Source of the DNA: an uncultured Candidatus Saccharibacteria bacterium
GTDB taxonomy: Bacteria > Patescibacteriota > Minisyncoccia > Phycocordibacterales > UBA2100
Direction: 5' to 3'
DNA length: 64,000 nt
NCBI GenBank assembly: GCA_964399865.1
Contig: CAYNRJ010000001.1
Span: 67,727-131,726 of the forward strand
Position 1 is the first letter of the stretch. Each line of letters opens with the position of its first letter. A program made the position numbers and the translations under genes. Of this stretch, positions 1 to 9,738 are shown piece after piece. Under the pieces are notes generated by a model that had not been told where the DNA came from, made no database searches, and saw nothing but the letters and a program-made list of their open reading frames with translations.

Positions 1-113
1 GGTCGCTCAGGGCGTCACCTCTTTCGGGTCCCTGTCTGCGCCTGCTGGCGCAGCGCTCGGTGTCGGCACCGTCGTGCCTGCGAAGACCCTCAAGAGATGA
101 CGCCCTTCGCTTA
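1..113 (-). repeat. Structured intergenic element, copy A (may be clipped by window edge)
   Basis: Minus strand: AAGCGAA-GGGCGTCATCTCTT-GA-GGGTC...GGCAC(GACG)GTGCC...GCGCC(AGCA)GGCGC-AGACAG-GGACCC-GA-AAGAGGTGACGCCC-TGAGCGACC. Same fold as 4505-4620, 9739-9849 and 10512-10624. Confidence 0.85.
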
Positions 114-141
114 GGGTTAAGAAAATATGCTCGATTACGCT

Positions 142-1065
142 CTACGCAAGACGTAATGCCATGTAGATATCCTCAAGCGCTTTTACTGCGTCGCCCGCGG
201 CGATGTTGTTCTGGTGGTAGGTGCCGTCAGTCACGTCTCCAGCAGCCCACACACGTGGGTGCGAGGTTCTTTGAGTACGAGGATCTACTTTAATTTGTTT
301 TATTGGACTCATCTCGAGCGCATTACCGAGCCACTCAGTATTTGGCAAAAGTCCTATCTCTACGAAAACGCCTTCTACGGGGAGCGTCTCTTCTTTCCCG
401 GTTTTTGTGTCCACCCAAGTAAAACCGTTCACAAATTTTTCTCCTACGACTGCTTTAGGCTGTGCGTTCATTACGAATCGCATATTTGGATGTTTTCTGG
501 CAGCCTCGACACTGATTTCGTCGGCTTTAAATGTTTCTGTGCGATTGAAAAGAGTTACGGTCTTGCAATATGCAAGAAGCTGCAGCGCAGTCTCGAGTCC
601 TGCGTTCCCACCTCCGATCACTGCAACGTCCTTGCCTTCAAAGAGAGGGCCATCGCAGGATGCGCAGTAGGTGAGGCCTTTTTGGTCGTATTCTTTGGCT
701 CCGGGCACCTCCAACATTCTTCTGCGAGCGCCGGATGCAATGAGGACAGCGCGTGCCTCAATTGAAGTACCATCTTTCAGCCCCACCGTTACGGAATCAT
801 TCTTTGGTTCAAGGCTTACGGCGCGAGCGGGATGCTTAATATCGAGGAAAGGCCCCTTGTAGCCTTCCACGTGCTTTTTGAGGCTGTCCGCGAGGTCGGC
901 ACCAGAAATCGCAGGAGTGCCTATCCAGTTTTGGACTTCGGAAGAAACACCGCTCTGACCACCCCACTCGTCTACGACAAGCGCTGTTTTTAATTGCTTA
1001 CGAGCTGCATATACAGCGGCAGCGGACCCAGCAGGTCCACCTCCGATAATTATAAGATCGTACAT
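142..1065 (-). CDS. trxB: Thioredoxin reductase (TrxB / AhpF C-terminal-like FAD oxidoreductase)
   Basis: GGGPAG FAD motif, CASCDG redox CxxC, GGGNAG NADPH motif, AAGD motif. Confidence 0.88.
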   Translation of the reverse strand: MYDLIIIGGGPAGSAAAVYAARKQLKTALVVDEWGGQSGVSSEVQNWIGTPAISGADLADSLKKHVEGYKGPFLDIKHPARAVSLEPKNDSVTVGLKDGTSIEARAVLIASGARRRMLEVPGAKEYDQKGLTYCASCDGPLFEGKDVAVIGGGNAGLETALQLLAYCKTVTLFNRTETFKADEISVEAARKHPNMRFVMNAQPKAVVGEKFVNGFTWVDTKTGKEETLPVEGVFVEIGLLPNTEWLGNALEMSPIKQIKVDPRTQRTSHPRVWAAGDVTDGTYHQNNIAAGDAVKALEDIYMALRLA

Positions 1066-1123
1066 AGAAGAAATAGGGACTAGTCGTCTATTTTACTACA
1101 TCCTCTAGGAGGATGACCAGTGT

Positions 1124-2356
1124 TTATCTTCGGCGGAGGAACGATGGAAGCCCGCCCCACGTGTCGTCGTCATCTTCCTTAGGTTTTGGTGTTTCCGCTG
1201 GCTTAATTGTCTCCTTGATGATCATTGGCTTCTCGTTTCTCTCTACCGGAGTAGGAGGGGTCGGGATATCGTCGTTTCGCTTGAACTCAGTTCGTCCTAC
1301 GCGTATTGAAGCAGGTGGAACATCCTGATCTTTTTTAGCCGCTATGCGCTGTGAAGTAGCAAAGACTGTCGTAGGGCGTACTGGAGAGCCACCGCTCGAT
1401 TCTGGAAAGCCTGTAGCGATGACCGTAACGCGCACGTAACCTTTCTTGAGAGAGTGATCGACAACAGTACCGAAGATGACCTTTGCATCTGGGTCGATAG
1501 ACTCGGTGATGACATTTGCTGCTTCCTGTATCTCGAGCATGCCGAGGTCCTCGCCGCCTGCAATAGAGAAGAGAATGCCTTTTGCGCCATGTACAGAGAC
1601 ATCGAGGAGAGGGGAATTTATAGCAGCACGAGCTGCAATCTCTGCTCGCTTCTCGCCGGAGGCTGTTCCGATACCCATGAGAGCAGACCCGGCGTTCTGC
1701 ATGACAGCGCGCACATCGGCGAAGTCTACGTTGATGATGCCTGTTTGAGTGATGAGGTCCGAGATACCTTCGACGGCCTGTTTCAGTATGTCATCGCACA
1801 TTGCGAACGCATTCTTTATTCCAGTATCACGCGAGACGATGGCGAGAAGTTTGTCGTTTGGAATAACGATTAGGGCGTCAACAGCTTTGCGAAGTTCTGC
1901 GAGACCCTGTTCTGCGAGTCTACCGCGTTGAGCGCCCTCAAATCCGAATGGCTTAGTGACGACACCTACAGTGAGAGCGCCGAGTTCGCGAGCAATTTTT
2001 GCAACAACTGGAGCCGCACCTGTGCCCGTGCCTCCTCCCATACCGCAGGTGATGAACACCATGTCCGAGCCTTTGATCGCTTCCTGCACTTCTTCTCTTG
2101 TCTCATCGGCCGCTTGCTTACCGAGGTCGGCATTCATGCCAGTACCTAAGCCACGAGTAAGAGCTTTTCCTATATGAATCTTTCTTTTAGCCTTAGATTT
2201 GTGAAGATCTTGGCCATCCGTGTTAACAGCAATGAAGTCCACACCTTCTACGTGCGAACTTACCATGTGGTTGACAGCGTTGCCACCAGATCCGCCTACG
2301 CCTATCACTCGAATTCGAGCGAATGACTCAACATCAGATTTCACTTGTTTAGTCAT
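1124..2356 (-). CDS. ftsZ: Cell division protein FtsZ
   Basis: GVGGSGGNAVN, GGGTGTG tubulin signature, INVDFADV, C-terminal LPSFLRRR peptide. Confidence 0.99.
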   Translation of the reverse strand: MTKQVKSDVESFARIRVIGVGGSGGNAVNHMVSSHVEGVDFIAVNTDGQDLHKSKAKRKIHIGKALTRGLGTGMNADLGKQAADETREEVQEAIKGSDMVFITCGMGGGTGTGAAPVVAKIARELGALTVGVVTKPFGFEGAQRGRLAEQGLAELRKAVDALIVIPNDKLLAIVSRDTGIKNAFAMCDDILKQAVEGISDLITQTGIINVDFADVRAVMQNAGSALMGIGTASGEKRAEIAARAAINSPLLDVSVHGAKGILFSIAGGEDLGMLEIQEAANVITESIDPDAKVIFGTVVDHSLKKGYVRVTVIATGFPESSGGSPVRPTTVFATSQRIAAKKDQDVPPASIRVGRTEFKRNDDIPTPPTPVERNEKPMIIKETIKPAETPKPKEDDDDTWGGLPSFLRRR

Positions 2357-2478
2357 GTTCCCGACATCATATCACTTTCAAGGCGAGGTCAAACTTGACC
2401 CCCTATAGCATGCATGTTTCAGTTTTCTTCGAGAAATCAGACGAAAACTGCACTTAGATTCGAACGGGTATGTATTCC

Positions 2479-3651
2479 TTATGGAAGAAGTGAACGAATC
2501 GCACGACGAACTGCTTCTCCTGCGCGTCTCAGTACTTCGCTAAATGAATATCTGCTATCAGTGTTGTCCTCCATATATGCCCAGCGGCAAAGTCCGTAGG
2601 CAGTGGACCACGTGGCATCTACACCCGAGGATCTTGGCAGATATCCTATCTGAGCAACTTGAGCCGGCAATTTAAGAGTCATGCGCGCTACATCAACAAC
2701 CGGAGGAAGTCCGCTACCTCCTCCAGTGAGAACAATTCCCGCTGGAAGAAGTCCTTGTCTGCCCATTGTTTTTAAATACACATTTACCTGCGTGAATATT
2801 TGTTTCAGTTTTGTTGCGATCACCGTATTCATTCTCTGAGGAGTGATTGTGCTACCTGTCACAGCACCTCGCTTCATTTGCTCAGCTTCAGTAAGAGGGA
2901 TGCGGAAAGCGAGCGCGATCGCGTTCGTGATCTCGCTTGAGCCGGTTGGAAATACTTTGATCGCAACAGGGAGGTCGTTATCAAAAATTATCGTCGAAAG
3001 GGTGTCCGCACCGATGTTTGCGAGGATAACGCCAGCAGTTTTCTGAGCCTTGGAAAGAGTCACGAAACTGGCAGCAAGTGGGGCAGCCATGACACCCTCT
3101 ACTTCTACGCCCGCCGCCTCAACCGTATCGATGATGTCGTCATGGTGCTTCGCGAGTACTGTAATGAAAAGGACCTCTACCGACAGTTTCGTTCCCTGTA
3201 GACCATTTGGCCTGCCAAAAACCTTTTGCCCGTCGACCCGGTACTCTATTGGGATGCTGTGAATAATGAATCGATTCAATAGTTTAGGACCACCGCGTTT
3301 TTCGCTTTCGCTGATAGCACGCTCTACATCGCGGTCGGTGACGACACCACCTGATTGCGTTAATGTAACCTCTCCTACGGAACGAATGTCTTCAAGACTC
3401 ATGCCTCCGAGCGCTACTCGAGCGCTTCGCACCGGCACTTTAGTAGAAGATCGAGCGCGTGCGAGAGCTTCCTGCAGACTTCGTGCCGCTTCCTTAATGT
3501 CTACTATGTATCCTTGGCGGATACCTTTCGAAACAGCTGTCCCTGTTCCGAGTACATGCATCGGGAGTTCTGGATTTTCTGCCGGTGTCGCAATAACCAC
3601 TTTAACGTGAGAAGAGCCGATATCGACACCGGTATACACGCTACGAGCCAT
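2479..3651 (-). CDS. ftsA: Cell division protein FtsA
   Basis: DIGSSHVKV actin-like phosphate-1 motif, AEQMKR, VLTGGGSGL; directly upstream of ftsZ. Confidence 0.95.
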   Translation of the reverse strand: MARSVYTGVDIGSSHVKVVIATPAENPELPMHVLGTGTAVSKGIRQGYIVDIKEAARSLQEALARARSSTKVPVRSARVALGGMSLEDIRSVGEVTLTQSGGVVTDRDVERAISESEKRGGPKLLNRFIIHSIPIEYRVDGQKVFGRPNGLQGTKLSVEVLFITVLAKHHDDIIDTVEAAGVEVEGVMAAPLAASFVTLSKAQKTAGVILANIGADTLSTIIFDNDLPVAIKVFPTGSSEITNAIALAFRIPLTEAEQMKRGAVTGSTITPQRMNTVIATKLKQIFTQVNVYLKTMGRQGLLPAGIVLTGGGSGLPPVVDVARMTLKLPAQVAQIGYLPRSSGVDATWSTAYGLCRWAYMEDNTDSRYSFSEVLRRAGEAVRRAIRSLLP

Positions 3652-3734
3652 CTAGCTATTGTAACGCTATTATGTGCAGCCGTAAAAACCTTATATAAGG
3701 GGATATTTAAGAAAAACCAAAAGCCGCGCGGAGA

Positions 3735-4124
3735 TTACTTAAAGCCGAATTTTCTCAGGACTTTCACCTCGAGTGCATCCATTTTTTCTCCGTGGTCATA
3801 GCCGAGCAGGTGAAAGCATCCATGCACAAATAGATGGGCGGTTCGATCGATCGTCTTCATGCCGAATGTCTTTGCCTCACGCTCCGCTTTACGAATGTTC
3901 AGAAAGATTTCCCCCTCAATTTTTCCGATAGGGAAGGAAAGCACGTTTGGAGCGTATGTCTTCTTTCGATATTCGCGGTTCATACGACGCGAAAGATTGT
4001 CGCCGCATACAACTATGGAGAGGGAATAGGTCTTCGGTAAGATTGCCTTAGCAATTTTCTCAAATGGAATACGCGGAGTGTTGCTCCGCGTTGTGTTCCG
4101 TATATCTACGCTACCCGTAGGCAT
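3735..4124 (-). CDS. ybeY: rRNA maturation endoribonuclease YbeY
   Basis: NREYRKK..PNVLSFP and HGCFHLLGYDH metal-binding motif. Confidence 0.95.
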   Translation of the reverse strand: MPTGSVDIRNTTRSNTPRIPFEKIAKAILPKTYSLSIVVCGDNLSRRMNREYRKKTYAPNVLSFPIGKIEGEIFLNIRKAEREAKTFGMKTIDRTAHLFVHGCFHLLGYDHGEKMDALEVKVLRKFGFK

Positions 4125-4450
4125 TAGTGGGCGATAGGAGCTCCTTCAGGAGCGGTAGGAGTAGCAGACTGCGTTGGAGCGTCTGACTGACCTTGGCGAG
4201 AGTATGGGGAACGGCGAGCTGGGGCTTCAATTACCTTGCCTTCTTTTACAAGTTGGCGGTATTCAGCACGGCGCTTCAAGAGTTTGAGAGCGTGCTTTTT
4301 CTTAACTGTTTTCGATGCACTTCGAGCGTAATAGCGCTGTTTTCGGACAGTTTTTACAAGGCCTGTGCCCTGCACCTTCCTGCTGAATTTGCGAATAGTC
4401 GCAAGGGCGGTTTCGCTGCCTGTTTTCGATACCTCTACGTTTATGGACAT
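4124..4450 (-). CDS. rpsU: 30S ribosomal protein bS21-like, with low-complexity C-terminal tail
   Basis: Basic small protein with ALATIRKFSRKV and RKQRYY..S..KKK, the bS21 pattern. Start taken at MSINVEV (4450). Confidence 0.7.
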   Translation of the reverse strand: MSINVEVSKTGSETALATIRKFSRKVQGTGLVKTVRKQRYYARSASKTVKKKHALKLLKRRAEYRQLVKEGKVIEAPARRSPYSRQGQSDAPTQSATPTAPEGAPIAH

Positions 4451-4504
4451 GAGAGGGAACTTTAGCATATAAGCCAAAAAACGCAAAGAAGACCCACCAC
4501 TAGG

Positions 4505-4620
4505 AAGTGAGGGGATTACGTGCTTCGAGGGTGTCTCGCAGGCTGACGAGCCGAGAGGCAGCGCTCCGCCAGCAGGCGGAGACAGCGACCCGAGAAGTAC
4601 GTAATCCCTGAACGCCGACC
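4505..4620 (+). repeat. Structured intergenic element, copy B
   Basis: Plus strand: AAGTGAG-GGGATTACGTGCTTC-GA-GGGT...GGCT(GACG)AGCC...CCGCC(AGCA)GGCGG-AGACAGC-GACCC-GA-GAAGTACGTAATCCC-TGAACG. Confidence 0.88.
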
Positions 4621-4621
4621 C

Positions 4622-6739
4622 CTACACCTCCTGGAACGTCGGCACAATCCTCACCTTCGACGTCCTCGTCACCGTATCTCCATCAAGCCCAAGACAGGAA
4701 AGAGTGTAGATGGTCTCTTCCTGTATCAGATCAGTACGATTTCCAGAGGCGCCACTCCACGAGCTGCCATTTGTCCTCGTCACGGAGCACGAGCTGACAT
4801 TTCGCACCTCCCAGGTCACAGAGACCGAGCTGCCACGCTGCACTAGAAGAGGACTCACAGTCCAAGTCACCACCTCAGCAGGAGGAGGAGGGGTACATAT
4901 ACCAAGGTTGCACTGATAGCTGCAGGTTGTCACGACTTCTCCGTCGCAGCTGTTCACGACATCTGCTCCTGAACACTCATTGAAACAATTCTGTTCGCAT
5001 ACACCATTTCGTAGGATTTGTCCTGCAGGACACGTAGTGATTGTGGTCTCAGGACACTCAAACGTTCCGGTCCAAGTGACGCGGACTTCTCCACGAGCAC
5101 CATTGCCACCATCTCGCCATCCATTGCCCCCTGCGCCCCCACTTCCAACAGTGACAGGTACTGAGGCTCCAACGGTGAGCGCACCCACAGCATATGTCTT
5201 GGTTGCTCGCCCTCCGCCACCACCGCCACCACCTTCTTGATCAAACCAGACCCATGCACCACTTCCACCTCCTCCAGGAGCACTGCCTGCGTTCCCTGGA
5301 GCTCCTCGAGATGCTGCGGCAACTCCGCCAGCGCCGCCTCCAGTTGGAGCACCTGCACCACCTGTTCCACCTGCGAAGTTTTGCCCAGAGCCTGCGATAC
5401 CATTTCCTCCATTTGCACCTGAGTCACCGCCAGAATACGTTCCCCCTTGAGAAGGAGAGGTGCCGTATATACCAGCACCTCCTCCACGACCGATCAACGT
5501 TGTATTGAAAGAAGAATCACCACCCCTCGTGCCGTTACTGTGTCCGATTCCATCTCCCGCACCTCCACCACCTGCGCCATATACGTCGACACTGAGAGTT
5601 GTGTACGTTGGTACGGTGAACGAAGAAGAGCTGGTGAATACTCGAGTGTTGGATGCTGTATATGATTCACCTGGATCAACTCCTGCAGGGCAGTACCCTG
5701 GAGGGCACTGACTCGCGCTCGCCTGTACTCCTGTGATGTTGGGGCACATGTCAGGGCCACCTCCTCCGCCCCCACCTCCTCCTCCTCCTGGGCACTGAGA
5801 TGCTGAGGTTTGTACTCCTGACATGTTTGGACATGCGTCCTGCACACACTGGCCATTCTGCAGAACGTATCCAGAAGGAACACTGGATTGGTTGCCATTA
5901 ATGTTTGGACAAACGTCAGGTCCACCAGTTGAACACTGTGACGTACTAGTCTGCACTCCTGGCATGTTTGGGCACTTGTCTTCGCATTGATCTGCGAGGT
6001 TGTCCCAATAGTCGGCCTGGCTGTCGTTGCCGATGGATGCGTAGTAGTTGGCGGCGGTGCGGTATTCGGAGCAGGTGGATGGGTCGTCTTTTGGTCCCGG
6101 ATCATTATCACCCGTGTCGGTATCACACTCATTTGGATACACATCGTAATGCGGCTGACCATTTTTTCCTGTGGAGTATACGGAATAGGTGCCACACGGC
6201 GCACTCACGTATGAGAAATCATGGTACGTGTAAGTAGGATCAGAGTCGGCAGTTTTTCCGTCGCCAATCGGAAATGAGTTGACTGTCTCATAATTGTCAT
6301 ACTGCGTAAGATATGTACAATCGTCCCCCACACTTGAGGCCGAGTTTTGCGTCACTACACAATCTTCACCTTCAAAGGCTCCAGAATAATCACCGCCACT
6401 TAGTCCTCCGCCGCTGCTAGAGCAATATTGATCATAGCCGGCATTACACATATCGTCTTCCGAAAAGCAGTAACCACCTTGCTCTATTGGCCGATTCGAA
6501 GGGCAATCCGCATCCTCGCAATAACTTTGATATCCTGCATTGCATAGATCTTCAGGCGGCCAATAACTTGGGTCATGGCAGGCTCCATTTATATCTGCGA
6601 TTTGGTTACCAGAACAAGATCCCGCAGCTTGCAGCTGATATGGAAGGAGAGTGGCAAGGAGGAGCGCAATGAAAGTGAGGAGTATTGTAAGCACTGATGC
6701 GCTCGAGCTTTGAAAATGGGTCAAGGAAGACATATGCAT
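4622..6739 (-). CDS. Secreted/surface Cys- and Gly-rich repeat protein
   Basis: N-terminal hydrophobic signal/TM segment, 2x xDxCNAGYxxYC, 4x DxCPNxxGxQ repeats, glycine-rich domain, C-terminal Ig-like beta module (SVTWEV...YTLSC). Confidence 0.8.
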   Translation of the reverse strand: MHMSSLTHFQSSSASVLTILLTFIALLLATLLPYQLQAAGSCSGNQIADINGACHDPSYWPPEDLCNAGYQSYCEDADCPSNRPIEQGGYCFSEDDMCNAGYDQYCSSSGGGLSGGDYSGAFEGEDCVVTQNSASSVGDDCTYLTQYDNYETVNSFPIGDGKTADSDPTYTYHDFSYVSAPCGTYSVYSTGKNGQPHYDVYPNECDTDTGDNDPGPKDDPSTCSEYRTAANYYASIGNDSQADYWDNLADQCEDKCPNMPGVQTSTSQCSTGGPDVCPNINGNQSSVPSGYVLQNGQCVQDACPNMSGVQTSASQCPGGGGGGGGGGGPDMCPNITGVQASASQCPPGYCPAGVDPGESYTASNTRVFTSSSSFTVPTYTTLSVDVYGAGGGGAGDGIGHSNGTRGGDSSFNTTLIGRGGGAGIYGTSPSQGGTYSGGDSGANGGNGIAGSGQNFAGGTGGAGAPTGGGAGGVAAASRGAPGNAGSAPGGGGSGAWVWFDQEGGGGGGGGRATKTYAVGALTVGASVPVTVGSGGAGGNGWRDGGNGARGEVRVTWTGTFECPETTITTCPAGQILRNGVCEQNCFNECSGADVVNSCDGEVVTTCSYQCNLGICTPPPPAEVVTWTVSPLLVQRGSSVSVTWEVRNVSSCSVTRTNGSSWSGASGNRTDLIQEETIYTLSCLGLDGDTVTRTSKVRIVPTFQEV

Positions 6740-6978
6740 TATTGAGTAGGAGGGGCGGAAGGTTGCACTGGGAAGGGTGGCATTAAGAGATCAGAAGATC
6801 TGATATTACTTTCCTCCGCCGCGGGAGTATTTGAGTATGCAAAATAGCCAGTCAAAACCGTGAGGAGAATAAATATTAAGATCAAAAAAAGAAGAGCCTT
6901 CAGTAACGTCAGATGATGAACATTCTTCTGCTGCTCTTGCGGTTGAATAGGGGAAGCGAATTGCGACTGTGGAGGCAT
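6739..6978 (-). CDS. Small single-TM hypothetical protein
   Basis: 79 aa with one hydrophobic helix; its TAA overlaps the ATG of the Cys-rich gene (TAATG). Confidence 0.6.
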   Translation of the reverse strand: MPPQSQFASPIQPQEQQKNVHHLTLLKALLFLILIFILLTVLTGYFAYSNTPAAEESNIRSSDLLMPPFPVQPSAPPTQ

Positions 6979-7048
6979 TCAAAAAGTGTACGATATAAAA
7001 GCAAGAAAATCCGCGAGGAAATAGTGAATTGGGGAAAACTAAAAAGCA

Positions 7049-7081
7049 AAGAGGGTCGCCCGGACGTGGGGCGACCCTCTT
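7049..7081 (-). terminator. Intrinsic terminator-like hairpin
   Basis: AAGAGGGTCGCCC...GGGCGACCCTCTT 13-bp stem followed by T-rich sequence on the minus strand, just downstream of the 7110-7559 gene. Confidence 0.7.
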
Positions 7082-7109
7082 GATGAAGGCATTCACGCGG
7101 TGTGAACGC

Positions 7110-7559
7110 CTACATGAGGCCGAGCGCGATCAGCGTTGCGGCGGTCGCCGGTTCGGCATCGTCGTACGGCCCGCAACGGCCGGCCACGACGAAGCGTGCA
7201 CCGCCCTCGTTGTAGGACGAAGAGCCGCAGGCTTCGATCTGGGCATCAGGCCCCCATTGCACGATTGCAGAAGGACCGAAGCCGGTGCCCTGACGCAGCC
7301 ATACGGACACGCCGTTGTTGGGGTTGACGTACGCCGACCAGGTGACGCCACGGTCGTCCGTGACCTCGGCCGTGAAGTACTTCGAGCTCTGGGCGATATC
7401 CGCGAGGATGTCGCCGAACGGCGGCGGAGACGGCGCCATGACGACCACGAACGCCGTCGCTGCCGGCTTCGTATCGTCGACAGAGGCAGCAAGCGCATTC
7501 GGGATGGCCGCGGCAAGCATAAGAGCGGCCGAAGCCGCGATTGCGATACGCTTCATCAT
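7110..7559 (-). CDS. GC-rich secreted hypothetical protein (orphan)
   Basis: MMKRIAIAASAALMLAAAIPNALA signal peptide; SD GAAAGGAGG ~10 nt upstream. Confidence 0.7.
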   Translation of the reverse strand: MMKRIAIAASAALMLAAAIPNALAASVDDTKPAATAFVVVMAPSPPPFGDILADIAQSSKYFTAEVTDDRGVTWSAYVNPNNGVSVWLRQGTGFGPSAIVQWGPDAQIEACGSSSYNEGGARFVVAGRCGPYDDAEPATAATLIALGLM

Positions 7560-7641
7560 CTGATTTGGCCCTCCTTTCAGGCCATGTAAAGTGAAGATCA
7601 GTAGAACCCTGCTCGCCAGAGTGGCGTAGCTAGGTGGTCGC

Positions 7642-7669
7642 ATTCTACCACTCCTTACGGCTCCGTCAA
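7642..7669 (-). promoter_or_regulatory. sigma70-type promoter for the 7110-7559 gene
   Basis: Minus strand TTGACG-N16-TAGAAT; the -35 lies within an inverted repeat (TACGGCTC..GAGCCGTA). Confidence 0.55.
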
Positions 7670-7763
7670 GAGCCGTATGGGCCTCGGAGAGGAGTCAATG
7701 TACCTATTTAGCATGATGACTACTGATGCGAAAAAGGCAATAAGCCTTATGGGATAACTTATT

Positions 7764-8993
7764 TTATCCAGCCACAGCGCTCTTCCACACTCCCATCCGA
7801 TGTCTTTTAAGGTAATTCGTTAATTCAGGAACCGGAACTGCCTCTTGAGAGTTTGTTGCGACCTCACGAACTAGTATCGTGCCCTCAACAGCCTCCTTAT
7901 GTCCCATAATCAGAATGTACGGAGTTGCGTGATGTCTTGCTGCAGCCATCTGTTCGCCAATTCTTTCATGAAGAAGTCCTTGGTGGACCGGAATACTGTC
8001 CTTTCGTAAGGTCTCAAGAATCGAAAGTGATCTACGACGTGCTTCTGCCCCTAGGTGAGCGAAATAAATCGCTGGCAATCCGGCGTTGTCTCTTTTTTGT
8101 CTTGTTGGAACACGTCCGCGGAGTTCACACGTGATACTGATCATCGCAGACGGCATTGATCGACGTGCAAATCTTGCTGCAAGAGGATCGTAGCGGCCTC
8201 CGAAGGCGAGCGAGATGCGTCCTCCTGTTTCTTGATCGAGTGTTGATATCTCAAATAGGGAATGTGACCAGCAATCACGACTTCCAAGTACCTGTGGAGA
8301 GAGTTCGTACGGCAACCCGAACACTTCTAGGTACTCAAGTAGCTCCCAGAATCGTCTTCGCTCTTCTTCTGTAAGATATTCCATCGCCTGAGGCGCGCGC
8401 GGGACAGCAGGGTGTCCTCGTTCGATGAGTTGGACGAGCGCGCCTAGTGGATCTGTAGCTGCGCGAGGGCGAAGTGTCGGCGTAATTGACTCAATATGTT
8501 TTCGTAGATAGGCAGAAACGTCTCGCACGAAGCGATTTGATGACTCCATCGATCCAATGTTGTTCACGGAGAGTACTCGCTTGGAAATTCCCGCTTCCTG
8601 CGCGATTGCATCAGCTACAACTATGAGAAGCGCCTCGGCAATTGCAGAAGAATTTCCCACAACATGCAATTCAAGACCTACACTCGGTATTCCATCGCGC
8701 TCTTTTGCAGAATTTTCGCTCATTCGCCATACAAGCACCGGTTTTTCCGGGGTTTGTGCGCAAGAAATACACTTTCGAGCGGAAACAGCGAGTGGTCGCT
8801 CCTCGCGGCGTGCGAACATGATTTCCGATGGATCGCGCTTCGACTGAACTGGCTTTGGTTCGCCGCTTCTTGCTTGGCGAGAAGTTTTCATTGACTCTTC
8901 GAGCGATGAAAATCCGTAATATTCTGCGATACGGATAGCCGATGAAAGAAATCCGGCGGTATTTTGATGCTGAGTATCTTTTAGACGGATCAT
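7764..8993 (-). CDS. Degenerate HisRS/HisZ-like paralogue
   Basis: GGRYD motif and C-terminal HGTP anticodon-binding domain (ATPYILIMGHKEAVEGTILVRE); class II motif 2 not recognisable. Confidence 0.75.
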   Translation of the reverse strand: MIRLKDTQHQNTAGFLSSAIRIAEYYGFSSLEESMKTSRQARSGEPKPVQSKRDPSEIMFARREERPLAVSARKCISCAQTPEKPVLVWRMSENSAKERDGIPSVGLELHVVGNSSAIAEALLIVVADAIAQEAGISKRVLSVNNIGSMESSNRFVRDVSAYLRKHIESITPTLRPRAATDPLGALVQLIERGHPAVPRAPQAMEYLTEEERRRFWELLEYLEVFGLPYELSPQVLGSRDCWSHSLFEISTLDQETGGRISLAFGGRYDPLAARFARRSMPSAMISITCELRGRVPTRQKRDNAGLPAIYFAHLGAEARRRSLSILETLRKDSIPVHQGLLHERIGEQMAAARHHATPYILIMGHKEAVEGTILVREVATNSQEAVPVPELTNYLKRHRMGVWKSAVAG

Positions 8994-9071
8994 GAAAGGT
9001 TTTTAGTAGTAAGTTTGTAGTATTCACCCACGTGACAAACGACTATTGTCTTATCGACTACCTGCTAATAA

Positions 9072-9683
9072 CTACTCTTCAAATTTCGCTTCTCCGGGAA
9101 GTACACCAATGCGATCAAAAGGGAATAAACGAAGGAATGCGCGGCCAACAATGTTCTCTCGAGGGAGTGGTCCCCAAATGCGGGAGTCAGAAGATACGTG
9201 ACGATTGTCTCCCATCACGAAATATTCGTCTGCACCAAGCGTAATTTGCATATCATTTCTGCCGCCAAGGTTTGTCGGGTCAAGATACGGCTCATCGAGT
9301 AGGAATCCATCGGGATTTGCGGCGTTTTCTATAGTAATTCCCTCAGGAGTGATGATTACTTTCTCATTTGGGAGGCCAATGACGCGCTTTATGAGTGATT
9401 TACTCGGTGTTCCTGGCAATCCAAACACAATAACGTCTCCTCTTGAGGGGTTTTCAAGCGTGTAGGTGATGCGATCGACGACGAGGTAGTTACCGTCGTG
9501 GAATGTTGGGTCCATAGATGCTCCGTCGACGAGATATGGCGCTGCAACGAAGAATCGAATGATGAGTGCGAAGCCAAGTGCGAGGATAAAATAGAAAAAG
9601 AGGGAGCGAGAAGACGTTTTTGGAGTCGGCGCAGGAGAAATTGTATCCAGTGATAAATCTTTTTCGATCACAGGAACATTCAT
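9072..9683 (-). CDS. lepB: Signal peptidase I
   Basis: GASMDPT catalytic Ser, LIKRVIGLP catalytic Lys, GDNRHVSSDSR. Start placed 7 nt after TACAAT. Confidence 0.97.
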   Translation of the reverse strand: MNVPVIEKDLSLDTISPAPTPKTSSRSLFFYFILALGFALIIRFFVAAPYLVDGASMDPTFHDGNYLVVDRITYTLENPSRGDVIVFGLPGTPSKSLIKRVIGLPNEKVIITPEGITIENAANPDGFLLDEPYLDPTNLGGRNDMQITLGADEYFVMGDNRHVSSDSRIWGPLPRENIVGRAFLRLFPFDRIGVLPGEAKFEE

Positions 9684-9738
9684 GCGCGGCATTGTACTAC
9701 TTTTATGGCGTTGACACCAAGTTGTTGTAGTGTTGCTC

